From NCBI GenBank assembly GCA_938042065.1, contig CALISG010000022.1:2049-66048 (forward strand): DNA of 64,000 nt, written 5' to 3'. This DNA is from an uncultured Candidatus Saccharibacteria bacterium (lineage in GTDB: Bacteria; Patescibacteriota; Saccharimonadia; Saccharimonadales; Saccharimonadaceae). The position numbers were made by a program, and so were the translations under genes. The notes beneath the pieces are model-generated. The model was not told where the DNA came from. It did not search any database and saw only the letters and a program-made list of their open reading frames with translations. Shown piece by piece: positions 48,348 through 57,464 of the stretch; positions within the stretch are counted from its first letter, which is position 1; each line of letters opens with the position of its first letter.

Positions 48348-49025
48348 TTATCGCCAACGCACAATTTCGTCGAGCTGGCGGCGAGTTTTGGCTGGCACCT
48401 CGCGCTGGCTACGGTAACCTAGAGCTAACATTACCACTGGCTTTTCTAGATCTGGGTCTATTAGCTGGTGCTGCGACAAGACCTGGCTGAGCTTGCTAAT
48501 CGAAAAGCCTTCAATCGGGCACGAGTCAATCCTGCGCCCAGCGGCGGCCAGCAGCACAAAGCCTAGCGCAATGTAAGCCTGCCGCGCCGCCCACTGATGA
48601 ATCATTGCTGGTTGATTGAGTATCTCAAAATCCTTTTTGGCCCAATATCGCCAAAAAGTCTTGAAGCCGGCGGCCTTGATGGAATTTTGTTTCTTGACAT
48701 CGTGCAGTATGTGGTCGATATGTCCGCCTTTTTGCTACAAGCCTTCGCTGGTTTTGGCAGTAAATATCAAAATGTGACTGGCGTCAAAACGAGCAGCGTT
48801 GGCACCTGCGCAGCGTTTGACATCGGCGCGTAGCTGTTCGTCTTCCTGCGCGACGATAATATTCCACGGCTCAAAACCGTACGAACTTGGCGCTAGGCGG
48901 GCGGCCTCTAGGAGCAGTTCAATATTCTCTTGCGAGATTTTCTTGCTAGAGTCGAAAGCTTTGGTGGCGTAGCGGAATTCGAGCGCTTGCTTGATGTCGT
49001 CTATCGATATGATTGGCTTATTCAT
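48348..49025 (-). pseudogene. Nitroreductase interrupted by one in-frame TAG
   Basis: RYATKAFD, APSSYGFEPW, DSCPIEGF, ALGYR all in one 226-codon frame with TAG at 48735-48737. Confidence 0.85.
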
Positions 49026-49073
49026 TTCATCGTCCCCTCTTTAGCCGCCAAAATCTTGTTGGCGTAGATTAGC

Positions 49074-49670
49074 TTATATATACGATTTTAGCACTTCCCT
49101 AACTATCTTGAAAACTTGATAGTGTCCTAATGGCGAAAAATGCAAGCCGTCTGATAGCGGTAATTTAGGCAGCTCGATGTAATTGCCAAGTTCGTTTTTG
49201 TGCTGCAGCATTTTTTGGCGAAGCTGTTCGGACGCGTCGGTAAACTCATACCCCGAATTGTCGCTAGTGTCAAAACACGGCGGCAAAATATAGATAATTG
49301 GAGTCTCGCCGGCGAGATTGCGATATTCTAATAAGTCACGAACAATGTCCTCAGGCGTTCGCGCAAAACGCTGTTGCAGGTCGTTGGTGCCGAGGGCGAT
49401 AATGATTAAGTCGAAGTTATCGGCCTTTTGTAGAGCCGCCGTAAACGTCGACAAGCCATTCTTATGCGGCTTATCAGTGCGGAAATCGCCAGCAACTCTG
49501 CCGCGAACGCCGTCGATGTAGATATGTGCTTTGCCGCGTAGCGCTTGGCTGAGGCGGTTAACCCAGCGATCGCTGTAGCGGATACGTTTGCTAGCAAAGT
49601 TAGCGCCCCAGACGTTTGAATCGCCGTAGATTAGAATGCGTTTTGCTGTTGTCGTCTGTTTTTTACTCAA
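49074..49670 (-). CDS. SGNH/GDSL hydrolase
   Basis: YGDSN, LGTND, DGLH. Confidence 0.9.
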   Translation of the reverse strand: MSKKQTTTAKRILIYGDSNVWGANFASKRIRYSDRWVNRLSQALRGKAHIYIDGVRGRVAGDFRTDKPHKNGLSTFTAALQKADNFDLIIIALGTNDLQQRFARTPEDIVRDLLEYRNLAGETPIIYILPPCFDTSDNSGYEFTDASEQLRQKMLQHKNELGNYIELPKLPLSDGLHFSPLGHYQVFKIVREVLKSYI

Positions 49671-50388
49671 GTTTGCGTCCTTTCTTCTTTGAAATAACCG
49701 CTTGCTGCTCGGGCGTGAATCGCCGCGATTCGCGTATTTTTTGGTAGGCTTTGTTGCGCGTCCAGGCGTCGATGTGTCCGTTTTCTAGTTCCGCCAGCGT
49801 CAGTTCAAAGAAATTCACCGCCGCCGTAGCATACAGCCAAGCTAGCGCCATTTTGACGTAATAACCGTCGTGTTTAACGTTTCGCAGCGCTGCGAAAACC
49901 TGATCGATGTGTGCTTCGTCTAGGAAATTAGTCATCAGCGAAATCACGCCGTAGCGCACCGTGAACTCGTCTTCATTCTGTAAGCATTCTAGTGCAAAAT
50001 CCCACCATATTTCGCCGGCAAAGCGCCGCTTTTTCTCGACAAACACATCAATGTGCGCCCACGAATCAACGAGCGGCAAGTATTGCTTGGCTAGATCAAT
50101 CATCGTCTGGTCATCGAGCCGAGCATGCGTAATCAACAGTCCGCATAGCAGCACGTAGTCAAATGATTTGTTCTGTGTCGTTAGTAATTTGCTAATATAC
50201 GCTGCGCTCATATCAGGCGCCAATTCCCGCGCCAACCGCCGCAAATCCGGCACACGTACGCCGATGACCGGCATCTTGGTGTTGACAATGCGCTGATTAA
50301 AGGCGGCGTAGGATTCATTGCCTTGAGCGAGGTCTGTCAGTTGGGTTACGATGTCTTCGGGCATTTTAGCGTCAAACGCTCCTTTCAT
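49663..50388 (-). CDS. AlkD-like DNA alkylation repair protein
   Basis: GVRVPDLR, DSWAHID, YYVKMALAW. Confidence 0.88.
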   Translation of the reverse strand: MKGAFDAKMPEDIVTQLTDLAQGNESYAAFNQRIVNTKMPVIGVRVPDLRRLARELAPDMSAAYISKLLTTQNKSFDYVLLCGLLITHARLDDQTMIDLAKQYLPLVDSWAHIDVFVEKKRRFAGEIWWDFALECLQNEDEFTVRYGVISLMTNFLDEAHIDQVFAALRNVKHDGYYVKMALAWLYATAAVNFFELTLAELENGHIDAWTRNKAYQKIRESRRFTPEQQAVISKKKGRKLE

Positions 50389-50416
50389 TATTGCCATTAT
50401 AGCAAGAGACACAAGC

Positions 50417-50767
50417 TTAAATTTTACAAAAAATAAAAATCATTGTTGACATTGCATAGCCGAATAGAGCGCCAGTAATCACTCTCTTAGTATTGTTAGA
50501 TTCGTATTTGGTGTAGAGCTGGGTAAAACCATCGATCAGCATTGTGACAATTAGAATAACTGAAATATACAGAGGTAAAGTTACGAAAATTCTAATAATA
50601 ACACCCATAAAAAACGATAAATACATAGCGGTACAACGCGCGCACAGCGGAAACTTGCGAATGCCAAAATGGAATGATCTGCTATCTATCTGATGACATA
50701 TTCTACTACCGACTATGAGAGATTTTGGATATATGAAATCCAAGAAGAAATTAGAACCTGCAGCCAC
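50417..50767 (-). CDS. DUF2085 membrane protein
   Basis: CHQ..RSF, PLCARC, DGFTQ, SNN. Confidence 0.85.
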   Translation of the reverse strand: MAAGSNFFLDFIYPKSLIVGSRICHQIDSRSFHFGIRKFPLCARCTAMYLSFFMGVIIRIFVTLPLYISVILIVTMLIDGFTQLYTKYESNNTKRVITGALFGYAMSTMIFIFCKI

Positions 50768-51029
50768 AATTCAAACACATTCTGTGCGAATGCTCCTGCT
50801 TTTTGCCGCTACCGCACATGCCGCATAGAAGGCCGATTGGTCCGAATAGGCAGCAGCCGCTGCATGCTTTTGCATCGCTGAATCCTTTATTTGTCGTACT
50901 ATATACTGCTTGAATTCTTTCGCTGCCGCAGTTTGGACATTGACCGTTATTGGCTCGCTGTGATTGTTGTTGTGCTATAGCGCTTACTCGTCTAGTATAT
51001 TTTATTTTTTGTTGTGCTTTGTCGGTCAT
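50751..51029 (-). CDS. Zinc-ribbon small membrane-associated protein
   Basis: CPNCGS ... GCCLFGPIGLLCG ... CLNCG. Confidence 0.75.
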   Translation of the reverse strand: MTDKAQQKIKYTRRVSAIAQQQSQRANNGQCPNCGSERIQAVYSTTNKGFSDAKACSGCCLFGPIGLLCGMCGSGKKQEHSHRMCLNCGCRF

Positions 51030-51182
51030 TTTATCGCCTTTCGTACCTAATGTTTTGATTATATTTTATCTAATGTAATAGTATGAATGAGATACTCTAT
51101 ATCGTCAATATATTTATAATCTACAGTTTCTTAAAATAAAAATGCGACATGTTACGTCGCGTTCTCCGAAAAAGTCTAATCT

Positions 51183-51258
51183 TGGAGCCACGATCGGGGC
51201 TTGAACCCGAGACCTCATCCTTACCATGGATGCGCTCTACCAACTGAGCTATCGCGGC
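51183..51258 (-). tRNA. tRNA-Thr(GGT)
   Basis: Cloverleaf, AT-GGT-AA loop, CCA. Confidence 0.95.
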
Positions 51259-51303
51259 ATGAAAGCCTACTAATTCTAACATATTTGCCGCGGTCGAGGC
51301 AAG

Positions 51304-51591
51304 CTACTTCTGGCGGCGGGTTTTCTTGCTGGCTGTCGATTCGGGTTTAGGCAGGTTCGGCGCTACGAACGCTTCCAATAGTGCCCAGGCGATACCGTTT
51401 ACCAAGTAAACTACCGCGAATCCGGCAGCAATCATCGCGGACAAACGGCTTTGCGGTACATTCAGGAGTGTCAGTAATCCAGCTAGAATCAGCCCAATTA
51501 AAACTACTGTTAGATAAGCTTGCTGTAATTTGCGGCGCTGATCTTTTTGGTGGCTCCAGCTGCTCAGCGACTGCTTAATAAACTCGTACAT
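51304..51591 (-). CDS. Two-TM membrane protein
   Basis: Hydrophobic helices; TATAAT 7 nt before ATG. Confidence 0.7.
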   Translation of the reverse strand: MYEFIKQSLSSWSHQKDQRRKLQQAYLTVVLIGLILAGLLTLLNVPQSRLSAMIAAGFAVVYLVNGIAWALLEAFVAPNLPKPESTASKKTRRQK

Positions 51592-51670
51592 ACTATATAT
51601 TATAGCATATACACTGTATAAAGTCAATAAAAGCCGCCCGCGAGTAGCGGACGGCCTAAAATTCTACGCA

Positions 51671-51755
51671 TGGTACCGGAGGTAGGACTCGAACCTACGA
51701 AGCTAAAAAGCGGGAGATTTACAGTCTCCTGTCATTGCCACTAGACGACTCCGGC
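51671..51755 (-). tRNA. tRNA-Tyr(GTA)
   Basis: CT-GTA-AA loop, long variable arm, CCA. Confidence 0.93.
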
Positions 51756-51763
51756 ATGAATTA

Positions 51764-51840
51764 TGGAGCCGACTCTCGGACTCGAACCGAGGACCTGCTG
51801 TTTACAAAACAGCTGCTCTAGCCAGCTGAGCTAAGTCGGC
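51764..51840 (-). tRNA. tRNA-Thr(TGT)
   Basis: TT-TGT-AA loop, CCA. Confidence 0.95.
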
Positions 51841-51910
51841 ATAAATTGAAAGGTACGACCCGAAAGCACACCTAACAGTGTAGCGTATTTGCATAACCTT
51901 GGCAAGTGTT

Positions 51911-52573
51911 TTATTGCGGAGAGATGGCGCCAGCTGGCTGTTTGACGCGGCGGTCGACATGCTGTCCGCGCGACATGGCGCGATTGATTTTGTCGCGAAT
52001 AGCAGCGGCCTTCTCTTTCTGGCCGTTGCGGTCATATGAATCGGCTAAGATGTTAATGCTTTGGATGCTTGGCTCTAGAGTGACGGCACGTTCAAGGTGC
52101 TGCAAGACAAGCTTGGCATTGCCGAGTTTTTCTTGTACTTTGGCGTAGGCGATGTGGCGCGAAGCAACTTCCTCTTCCATCTCTAGGGCTTGCTCGAATG
52201 CCAGGGCGGCCTTTTCGTAGCTTTCGGTTTCGTAGTAAATCAAGCCGACATTATGCAGGCTAGAGGCGCTTGGCTCTAAACTTTGGGCAATTTCGAAACA
52301 TTCAATGGCGTCATCGTAGGCATGTTGCTTGGCATACAAAATACCTAGACGGTTGTAAGCGTTGGCGTTTTTGGCGTCGATGCGCAGAATGGTCAGCAAG
52401 GCTTTTTCGGCGCGCAGATATTTTTGCGCCTTGAGCGATTCTTGAGCGATTTCCCAGAGCTTATCAAGCTTTGACGATAATTTCGCTGGTAAGTCGCCTG
52501 CGATGTCTTCGGGCGACTGGCGGTACGCGACTGCTGCGGCGCCTAGTCCCAGAACCAGTAAAAATCCAAACAT
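51911..52573 (-). CDS. TPR protein with N-terminal TM
   Basis: AYNRLGILY, SLHNVGLIY TPR motifs. Confidence 0.85.
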   Translation of the reverse strand: MFGFLLVLGLGAAAVAYRQSPEDIAGDLPAKLSSKLDKLWEIAQESLKAQKYLRAEKALLTILRIDAKNANAYNRLGILYAKQHAYDDAIECFEIAQSLEPSASSLHNVGLIYYETESYEKAALAFEQALEMEEEVASRHIAYAKVQEKLGNAKLVLQHLERAVTLEPSIQSINILADSYDRNGQKEKAAAIRDKINRAMSRGQHVDRRVKQPAGAISPQ

Positions 52574-52597
52574 ACTATGCATTATTATAGCACATAA

Positions 52598-53416
52598 TCA
52601 CGCGATCAAAGCGGCAAGCTGAAGCTTGATGTTGCCGTTGGCGGCGATGCGCTCGTAGGTTTCGCTGAGACGAGCTAGTTTGTCGATGGTAGCTGGCGTG
52701 TTGTTTTTGGCGGCGGCATTTTGAACGAGTAGAATGCTATAGCGTAGCAGCTCTAAAGTAGCTTTGCGGTCGGTATATCGAGCAGCAACAGTTAGTTTAT
52801 CATTTATCGGACCAGCAATTAATGCTTGCGAGTCTTTGATGACGGCGCCGATATCGGCGAGCTCGCTGGGTTTGTCAGCCAAGCGCGAGATTAATGCCGG
52901 CCGGCCGCTTGCTAGAAACATAATCTGAGCAATCGCTGTAGTGTCAAGCTGCCGATATTTAGCGAGGAGCAGCCGGCTGGCCTCCTCAGAAATCGGACGG
53001 ATAGTAAGCCGCTCGACGCGCGACATGATAGTCGGTAGCAGCAAATTCGGCTGGTGCGATGTTAATATAAAATGAATGTTGCGGGCTGGTTCCTCTAATA
53101 ATTTCAAGAAAGCATTTTGTGTTTGATGATTCATTTTGTCGGCGTCATCAATGATATAAACAGCCTGATTGTTCGTGATGCCGCGGGTGTATTGGCGCAG
53201 ATCGCGGATTTGGTCGATGCGAATGACGCCGCTTGCATCGGCTTGTCCGTCTTTGTTGGTGGGCTGAATAATTCCAGCGAGTGCTGGGCCGGCTAAGTAT
53301 TTGGCTGTAGTTAGCAAACCGGCACCATCAGCGCCTGTCAAAAGTAAAGCTTGCGTTAGACTGCGGGCTAGCGCTTGAATTTGTCGCTCGGTTGACGGCT
53401 CAAAGATTAGGCTCAT
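52598..53416 (-). CDS. holB: DNA polymerase III delta' subunit
   Basis: IDDADKM, NAFLKLLEEP, TIMSR. Confidence 0.9.
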   Translation of the reverse strand: MSLIFEPSTERQIQALARSLTQALLLTGADGAGLLTTAKYLAGPALAGIIQPTNKDGQADASGVIRIDQIRDLRQYTRGITNNQAVYIIDDADKMNHQTQNAFLKLLEEPARNIHFILTSHQPNLLLPTIMSRVERLTIRPISEEASRLLLAKYRQLDTTAIAQIMFLASGRPALISRLADKPSELADIGAVIKDSQALIAGPINDKLTVAARYTDRKATLELLRYSILLVQNAAAKNNTPATIDKLARLSETYERIAANGNIKLQLAALIA

Positions 53417-54575
53417 CATCTAGCTCCGGGAAAAGTTTGGTAAACTCACTAGGTAGCGGCGCGACGAACGTTTGGCGCTTACCAGGTTGCGTGGTAATTT
53501 CTAATTTGTAAGCATGCAGATAGAGGCGATCGGCAGATTTGCCATAGACGCGGTCGCCGTGAATCGGCGTGTGTAAATGACGCAGATGAACGCGCAGCTG
53601 ATGAGTGCGCCCAGTCTGCGGGCAGAGTTTAATAGCGCTGAGATTGTGATGCGTGGCGAGCGTTTGGTATATGGTTTGTGCTGGCTTACCATTTGGGTCG
53701 GGGCGAAAGGTGCTGGGCGCCGACGGGTTGCGGCCGATCGGAATATCAATCTTAGCGGTTAGTGGTTGCGGTGTGCCGTCGACGATGGCTAGGTATGTTT
53801 TCTTGGCGAGATGCTGCGAGAATTGTTTTTTGAGCAATTCAAAAGCTTCGGGAGTGCGCGCCCCGATGATAACGCCGCTGGTGTCGCGGTCTAGCCGATG
53901 GACGATGCCTGGGCGATTAGTTTCCAGCCCGACGGTGGTATAGCGTCGGAAAAAGTCGGCGACCGTGAATTCGTCATTCAGCACCCCTTTGCTGTGAGTC
54001 AGAACGCCGGCTGGTTTGTTGACGACGATGACGCTATCGTCTAGATAAAGTATCGGTAGCTCCTCATCGCTGTAATCGGTAGCTTCGGGCAGATTGACGG
54101 CGATTTCGTCGGCTTCGGTGACTAGCTGGCTTGCGCTTTTGGCTGGCGTGCCGTTGACAGATATATTGCCAGATTTGATATATTTTTGCCAGGTTGATCG
54201 GCTGGTTTCTGGGTAGCGTTTGGCTAGCAAACTATCCAGCCGCTGGTTGTCGCTCACCTGTTGAAACAGATAGATATCTTTGCTTTTGAATGGTAAGCCA
54301 TAGGTGGTTAACTCGCTGGTTGGGTTTTCGAAAATCACGCCGCGAGCGTCGCTTTTGGCGGTAAATATTTGCTCCATGATATAATTTTCGCGGTCTTCGG
54401 CAGTATCGTCAATCAGCACGAAATAATGCTGGCGGTTAAAGCGAAAGCGCACCAGCTGATTGATTGGGCTAGGATTGCTACTTTTGATCTGGTCGATATG
54501 GTGCGGCAGGTTATCTGCGTTTGCTACGTTGAAGCGGCGTAAAATCGCCAGTAAGTCATTGGCAGTGATTTTCAT
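53400..54575 (-). CDS. RluA/RluD pseudouridine synthase with N-terminal extra domain
   Basis: S4 domain, NKPAG, HRLDRDTSG, GRTHQLRVH. Confidence 0.93.
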   Translation of the reverse strand: MKITANDLLAILRRFNVANADNLPHHIDQIKSSNPSPINQLVRFRFNRQHYFVLIDDTAEDRENYIMEQIFTAKSDARGVIFENPTSELTTYGLPFKSKDIYLFQQVSDNQRLDSLLAKRYPETSRSTWQKYIKSGNISVNGTPAKSASQLVTEADEIAVNLPEATDYSDEELPILYLDDSVIVVNKPAGVLTHSKGVLNDEFTVADFFRRYTTVGLETNRPGIVHRLDRDTSGVIIGARTPEAFELLKKQFSQHLAKKTYLAIVDGTPQPLTAKIDIPIGRNPSAPSTFRPDPNGKPAQTIYQTLATHHNLSAIKLCPQTGRTHQLRVHLRHLHTPIHGDRVYGKSADRLYLHAYKLEITTQPGKRQTFVAPLPSEFTKLFPELDDEPNL

Positions 54576-54635
54576 ACGATTACGCTGCTTCCCTGTTCAG
54601 ACGGCTGGTTACTCGAGGATTGGTGCATGTTGGCG

Positions 54636-55826
54636 CTATCTCCTGAGTCCCACGGCTTTTTGGACGCGATGTAAGGTTTGGTTGGCGATGCGGTTCATGG
54701 CTTGTTCGCTGGATTCGAGTTTGGCTTCAATCGCTGGCTCATCCACTGCGGACAGGCGCGCCTGGAAATTGGCTAAGAATTCGGCAGTTTCATCGGCGAC
54801 GATGCGCTTGAAATCGCCATAGCGCTCCATGCCGGCATATTCGCTAATGGTCTGCTCCAGCGTGACGTCTCGTCCGGAGTCTTGGCGCACCAGCGTTAAA
54901 ATCTCTAGCAAGTTGGAAATGCCGGGCTGGTTTTCCCTGTCGTATTGCACCTTGCCTAGCGAATCGGTGGCGGCGCTCATGATTTTTTTGTGGGCGGCTC
55001 GCGGGTCGTCGCCCAGGAAAATCACGCCTTTGCCGGTGTCGTCGGACTTGCTCATTTTTTTGGTCGGGTTGGCGAGGTCTTTGATGCGTAGGCCTTGGTC
55101 TTTACCGAAAAATCGGTGCTGTTCGGCGACCGGTTTGGGCACGACGAACAGGTCGCCGAATTTGCGGTTCATGCGCTCGGCGATGTCGCGGGTGAATTCC
55201 AAGTGCTGGGTTTGGTCGTCGCCGACTGGCACGTAGGTGGCGCCATAAAGCAAGATATCGGCGGCCATCAGGACTGGGTAGTTGAAGAGACCGACGGAAG
55301 TCGGCGATGTCTTGTTAAACCCATCGAATGCTGCGGCGAACAGCTTTATTGAGCCTCTTATATCTTTGTAGCTAACTGTGCTATTTATATCGTATTTTTT
55401 ATCGCATCGCTGTAGTATAGTGTCAATGACCTCGTTAATGTCTATTATGTCGCTCTTATCCTTAAACTGCGTCATTCGGCTCATCTCACCAAAACCAGTG
55501 AAGCAGTCCAAAATCCACGCCAGCTCGCTGTGGGCTGGGACGCGGCTTTGACGGTACAGATGAATCGCCTGGTTGTCCAGCGGCAGTCCGGCAGCCGTAT
55601 AAATCCGGGCGTTGTTGAGGATGCTGTCGTACAACTTACTATGATCAATCGGCGTGGTGAAGCTGTGAAGATCGGGGATGAACAGATTGATATCATAATC
55701 GGCCGAGCGGCGCTTCGCCATATCGACGATCGGCAGAATCGCGCCGAAATAATTGCCAATGTGAATATCATTGTTGGCGCGTACACCGGTGAGAATGACT
55801 GGTTTGGTTGGTTTCATTGTATACAT
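54636..55826 (-). CDS. trpS: Tryptophan-tRNA ligase
   Basis: HIGN, YPVLMAADIL, VPVGDDQ, KMSKS. Confidence 0.97.
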   Translation of the reverse strand: MYTMKPTKPVILTGVRANNDIHIGNYFGAILPIVDMAKRRSADYDINLFIPDLHSFTTPIDHSKLYDSILNNARIYTAAGLPLDNQAIHLYRQSRVPAHSELAWILDCFTGFGEMSRMTQFKDKSDIIDINEVIDTILQRCDKKYDINSTVSYKDIRGSIKLFAAAFDGFNKTSPTSVGLFNYPVLMAADILLYGATYVPVGDDQTQHLEFTRDIAERMNRKFGDLFVVPKPVAEQHRFFGKDQGLRIKDLANPTKKMSKSDDTGKGVIFLGDDPRAAHKKIMSAATDSLGKVQYDRENQPGISNLLEILTLVRQDSGRDVTLEQTISEYAGMERYGDFKRIVADETAEFLANFQARLSAVDEPAIEAKLESSEQAMNRIANQTLHRVQKAVGLRR

Positions 55827-55907
55827 TATAGCACTCCTTTTGATAAGTAATTAACTGTAGTATCGATTGGTCTAATGTGCGATAGCTTCTCCTCTTCTGC
55901 TCAAATA

Positions 55908-56060
55908 ATAAAAAAGACCGCTTGCGGCCTCTAGTCATGGTTTCAATTTGGAGAAATTACAAACAATTCAACAAGCCGCAGCGTTATGTACGGCGCCAGG
56001 CAGTTTGGTTGAATTGCGATGATAAGATCATAAATTTATCTTACACGGGCTGGTCGATAT
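55908..56060 (-). promoter_or_regulatory. Ribosome-mediated Trp attenuator upstream of trpS
   Basis: Leader ORF with Trp; 1:2 hairpin CAATTCAAC/GTTGAATTG; antiterminator GCTGCGGCTT/AGGCCGCAAGC; terminator AGGCCGC-AA-GCGGTCT-TTTTT; promoter TTGAAA-17-TAAGAT. Confidence 0.75.
55984..56031 (-). CDS. trpS leader peptide MILSSQFNQTAWRRT
   Basis: 15-aa ORF, Trp at codon 12 followed by RRT (cf. TrpL WWRTS); ATG 6 nt after the -10. Confidence 0.7.
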   Translation of the reverse strand: MILSSQFNQTAWRRT

Positions 56061-56188
56061 TTTCAAGACGATTTGCGATGCGGAGGATTCGATTTGGATC
56101 GATAATAGATAATGACCGCCTGAATGTTCTAGAAGTTTGCGACTGCAGAAGTTTGACTTGAGCCGAGAGCTGCGTATACAATGGCGCT

Positions 56189-56407
56189 ATGAATAAAGTT
56201 CAGTGTCGGATTGCATATTACGTTTTCTTGTTTGCGTCGGCGCTAGTTTCGTATATTTCAATTGAGACATCTATGGATACGATGAGTGCTAAGCAGCCGC
56301 CAAATGTGCCGCTTCATCTGTTTGAATTTGCGCTGGCTATCGCGCTGGTGTGCGTGGCGTTGTATTTCCGGTATAAGGCTTATAACGATGATGATACTAA
56401 GAAATAA
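56189..56407 (+). CDS. Small two-TM protein
   Basis: Hydrophobic helices; TACAAT 6 nt before ATG. Confidence 0.7.
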   Translation: MNKVQCRIAYYVFLFASALVSYISIETSMDTMSAKQPPNVPLHLFEFALAIALVCVALYFRYKAYNDDDTKK

Positions 56408-56485
56408 AGCATAGCATGGATAGATTAGCGTAGCAAAGCTAATACTCCGCTATGTGAGAGCGAGATGTTTAATTGCAGTGTGGCG

Positions 56486-56881
56486 TTATTTGCCAGCGGA
56501 TGGCGTGTTTGTAGGCGAGGCCGGCGCTGCTGGCGGCAGTGGATCAACGTTGCCTGGCGGCGTTCCTTCTTTCCAACAATCCTCCGTGCGGAGGCTGTAT
56601 CGCTTGGAATCTCTCTGTGCCTCTTCAGGATCCACTACTCTGATAAGTCCTTTTTTTCGGTCGCAGGTTACAACACTCTGGGACGTATCATGACTCGGAT
56701 CTTTATGCGGCATCGGTTCTTCTTGCTGTTCGTGTGGTAGCTCTGGATTGCCGGTGCTGCAGGCTGCGGTTATCGCCTCTAAGCCGGTGAATCCTAATGT
56801 TAATAGTGCTTCGCGGCGGCTAAGAACATTTACTTCTCCTGCTCCTGTTGGGCTTTCTGGACGCTTTGGAACTATTGCCAT
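56486..56881 (-). CDS. Putative secreted/lipoprotein with Pro-rich tail
   Basis: SD GGAGG; SRREALL...TAAC. Confidence 0.55.
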   Translation of the reverse strand: MAIVPKRPESPTGAGEVNVLSRREALLTLGFTGLEAITAACSTGNPELPHEQQEEPMPHKDPSHDTSQSVVTCDRKKGLIRVVDPEEAQRDSKRYSLRTEDCWKEGTPPGNVDPLPPAAPASPTNTPSAGK

Positions 56882-57001
56882 GATACTTCAATCCCCTCCT
56901 TCGGGATTAGCGGCTTGTAGCCTATATGCAACCCACCTAGCATTTATAATAATAAGTATTACTATATACTTTTATAGCAAAATAATCAAATGATGCTCAA
57001 G

Positions 57002-57042
57002 CAAAAAAAACAAATACCCCGCCCTAAAAAGCGGAGTATTTG
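57002..57042 (-). terminator. Terminator after rpsI
   Basis: AAATACTCCGC...GCGGGGTATTT plus T tract. Confidence 0.75.
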
Positions 57043-57065
57043 AGCCTGCTCTAAACGGCGAAGAG

Positions 57066-57464
57066 TTAGCGCTTTGAGTATTGCTCGCGTTTGCGTGCGC
57101 TGCGCAGACCGTATTTCTTGCGCTCTTTCTCGCGCGGGTCGCGCTTCATGAAGCCAGCCTTCTTGAGTGGAGCACGCAAGTCGGCGGCACCAGCAGTAAT
57201 CGCTTTGGCAATCGCTTGCTTGATAGCGTCAACTTGGCCGCTAAGCCCGCCGCCGCGCACTAGTACGCTGACGTCAAACTCTTTTTGCTTGTTGACGGTT
57301 GCTAGCGGGTCGGTAATCTCAGCCAGCAAAGTCTTGTTGCCTGATAAGTATTCATCGGCAGTCTTGCCGTTGATGGTGATCGCGCCTTTGCCGGCGGTCA
57401 GGCGAGCGCGGGCAGTAGCGCTTTTGCGCCGGCCCAAGCCGTAATCGTATTTGTCGGTAGCCAT
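57066..57464 (-). CDS. rpsI: 30S ribosomal protein S9
   Basis: GRRK, GGGLSGQ, ERKKYG, QYSKR. Confidence 0.97.
   Translation of the reverse strand: MATDKYDYGLGRRKSATARARLTAGKGAITINGKTADEYLSGNKTLLAEITDPLATVNKQKEFDVSVLVRGGGLSGQVDAIKQAIAKAITAGAADLRAPLKKAGFMKRDPREKERKKYGLRSARKREQYSKR

Noticed and set aside
48735..48737. Stop-codon recoding
   Set aside because: TAG, TAA and TGA all terminate conserved genes in this window.
55860..56060. T-box upstream of trpS
   Set aside because: No UGGNACC bulge; leader-peptide attenuation fits better.
55922..56161. 79-aa plus-strand ORF upstream of trpS
   Set aside because: It is antisense to the attenuator and leader peptide and has no recognisable motif.
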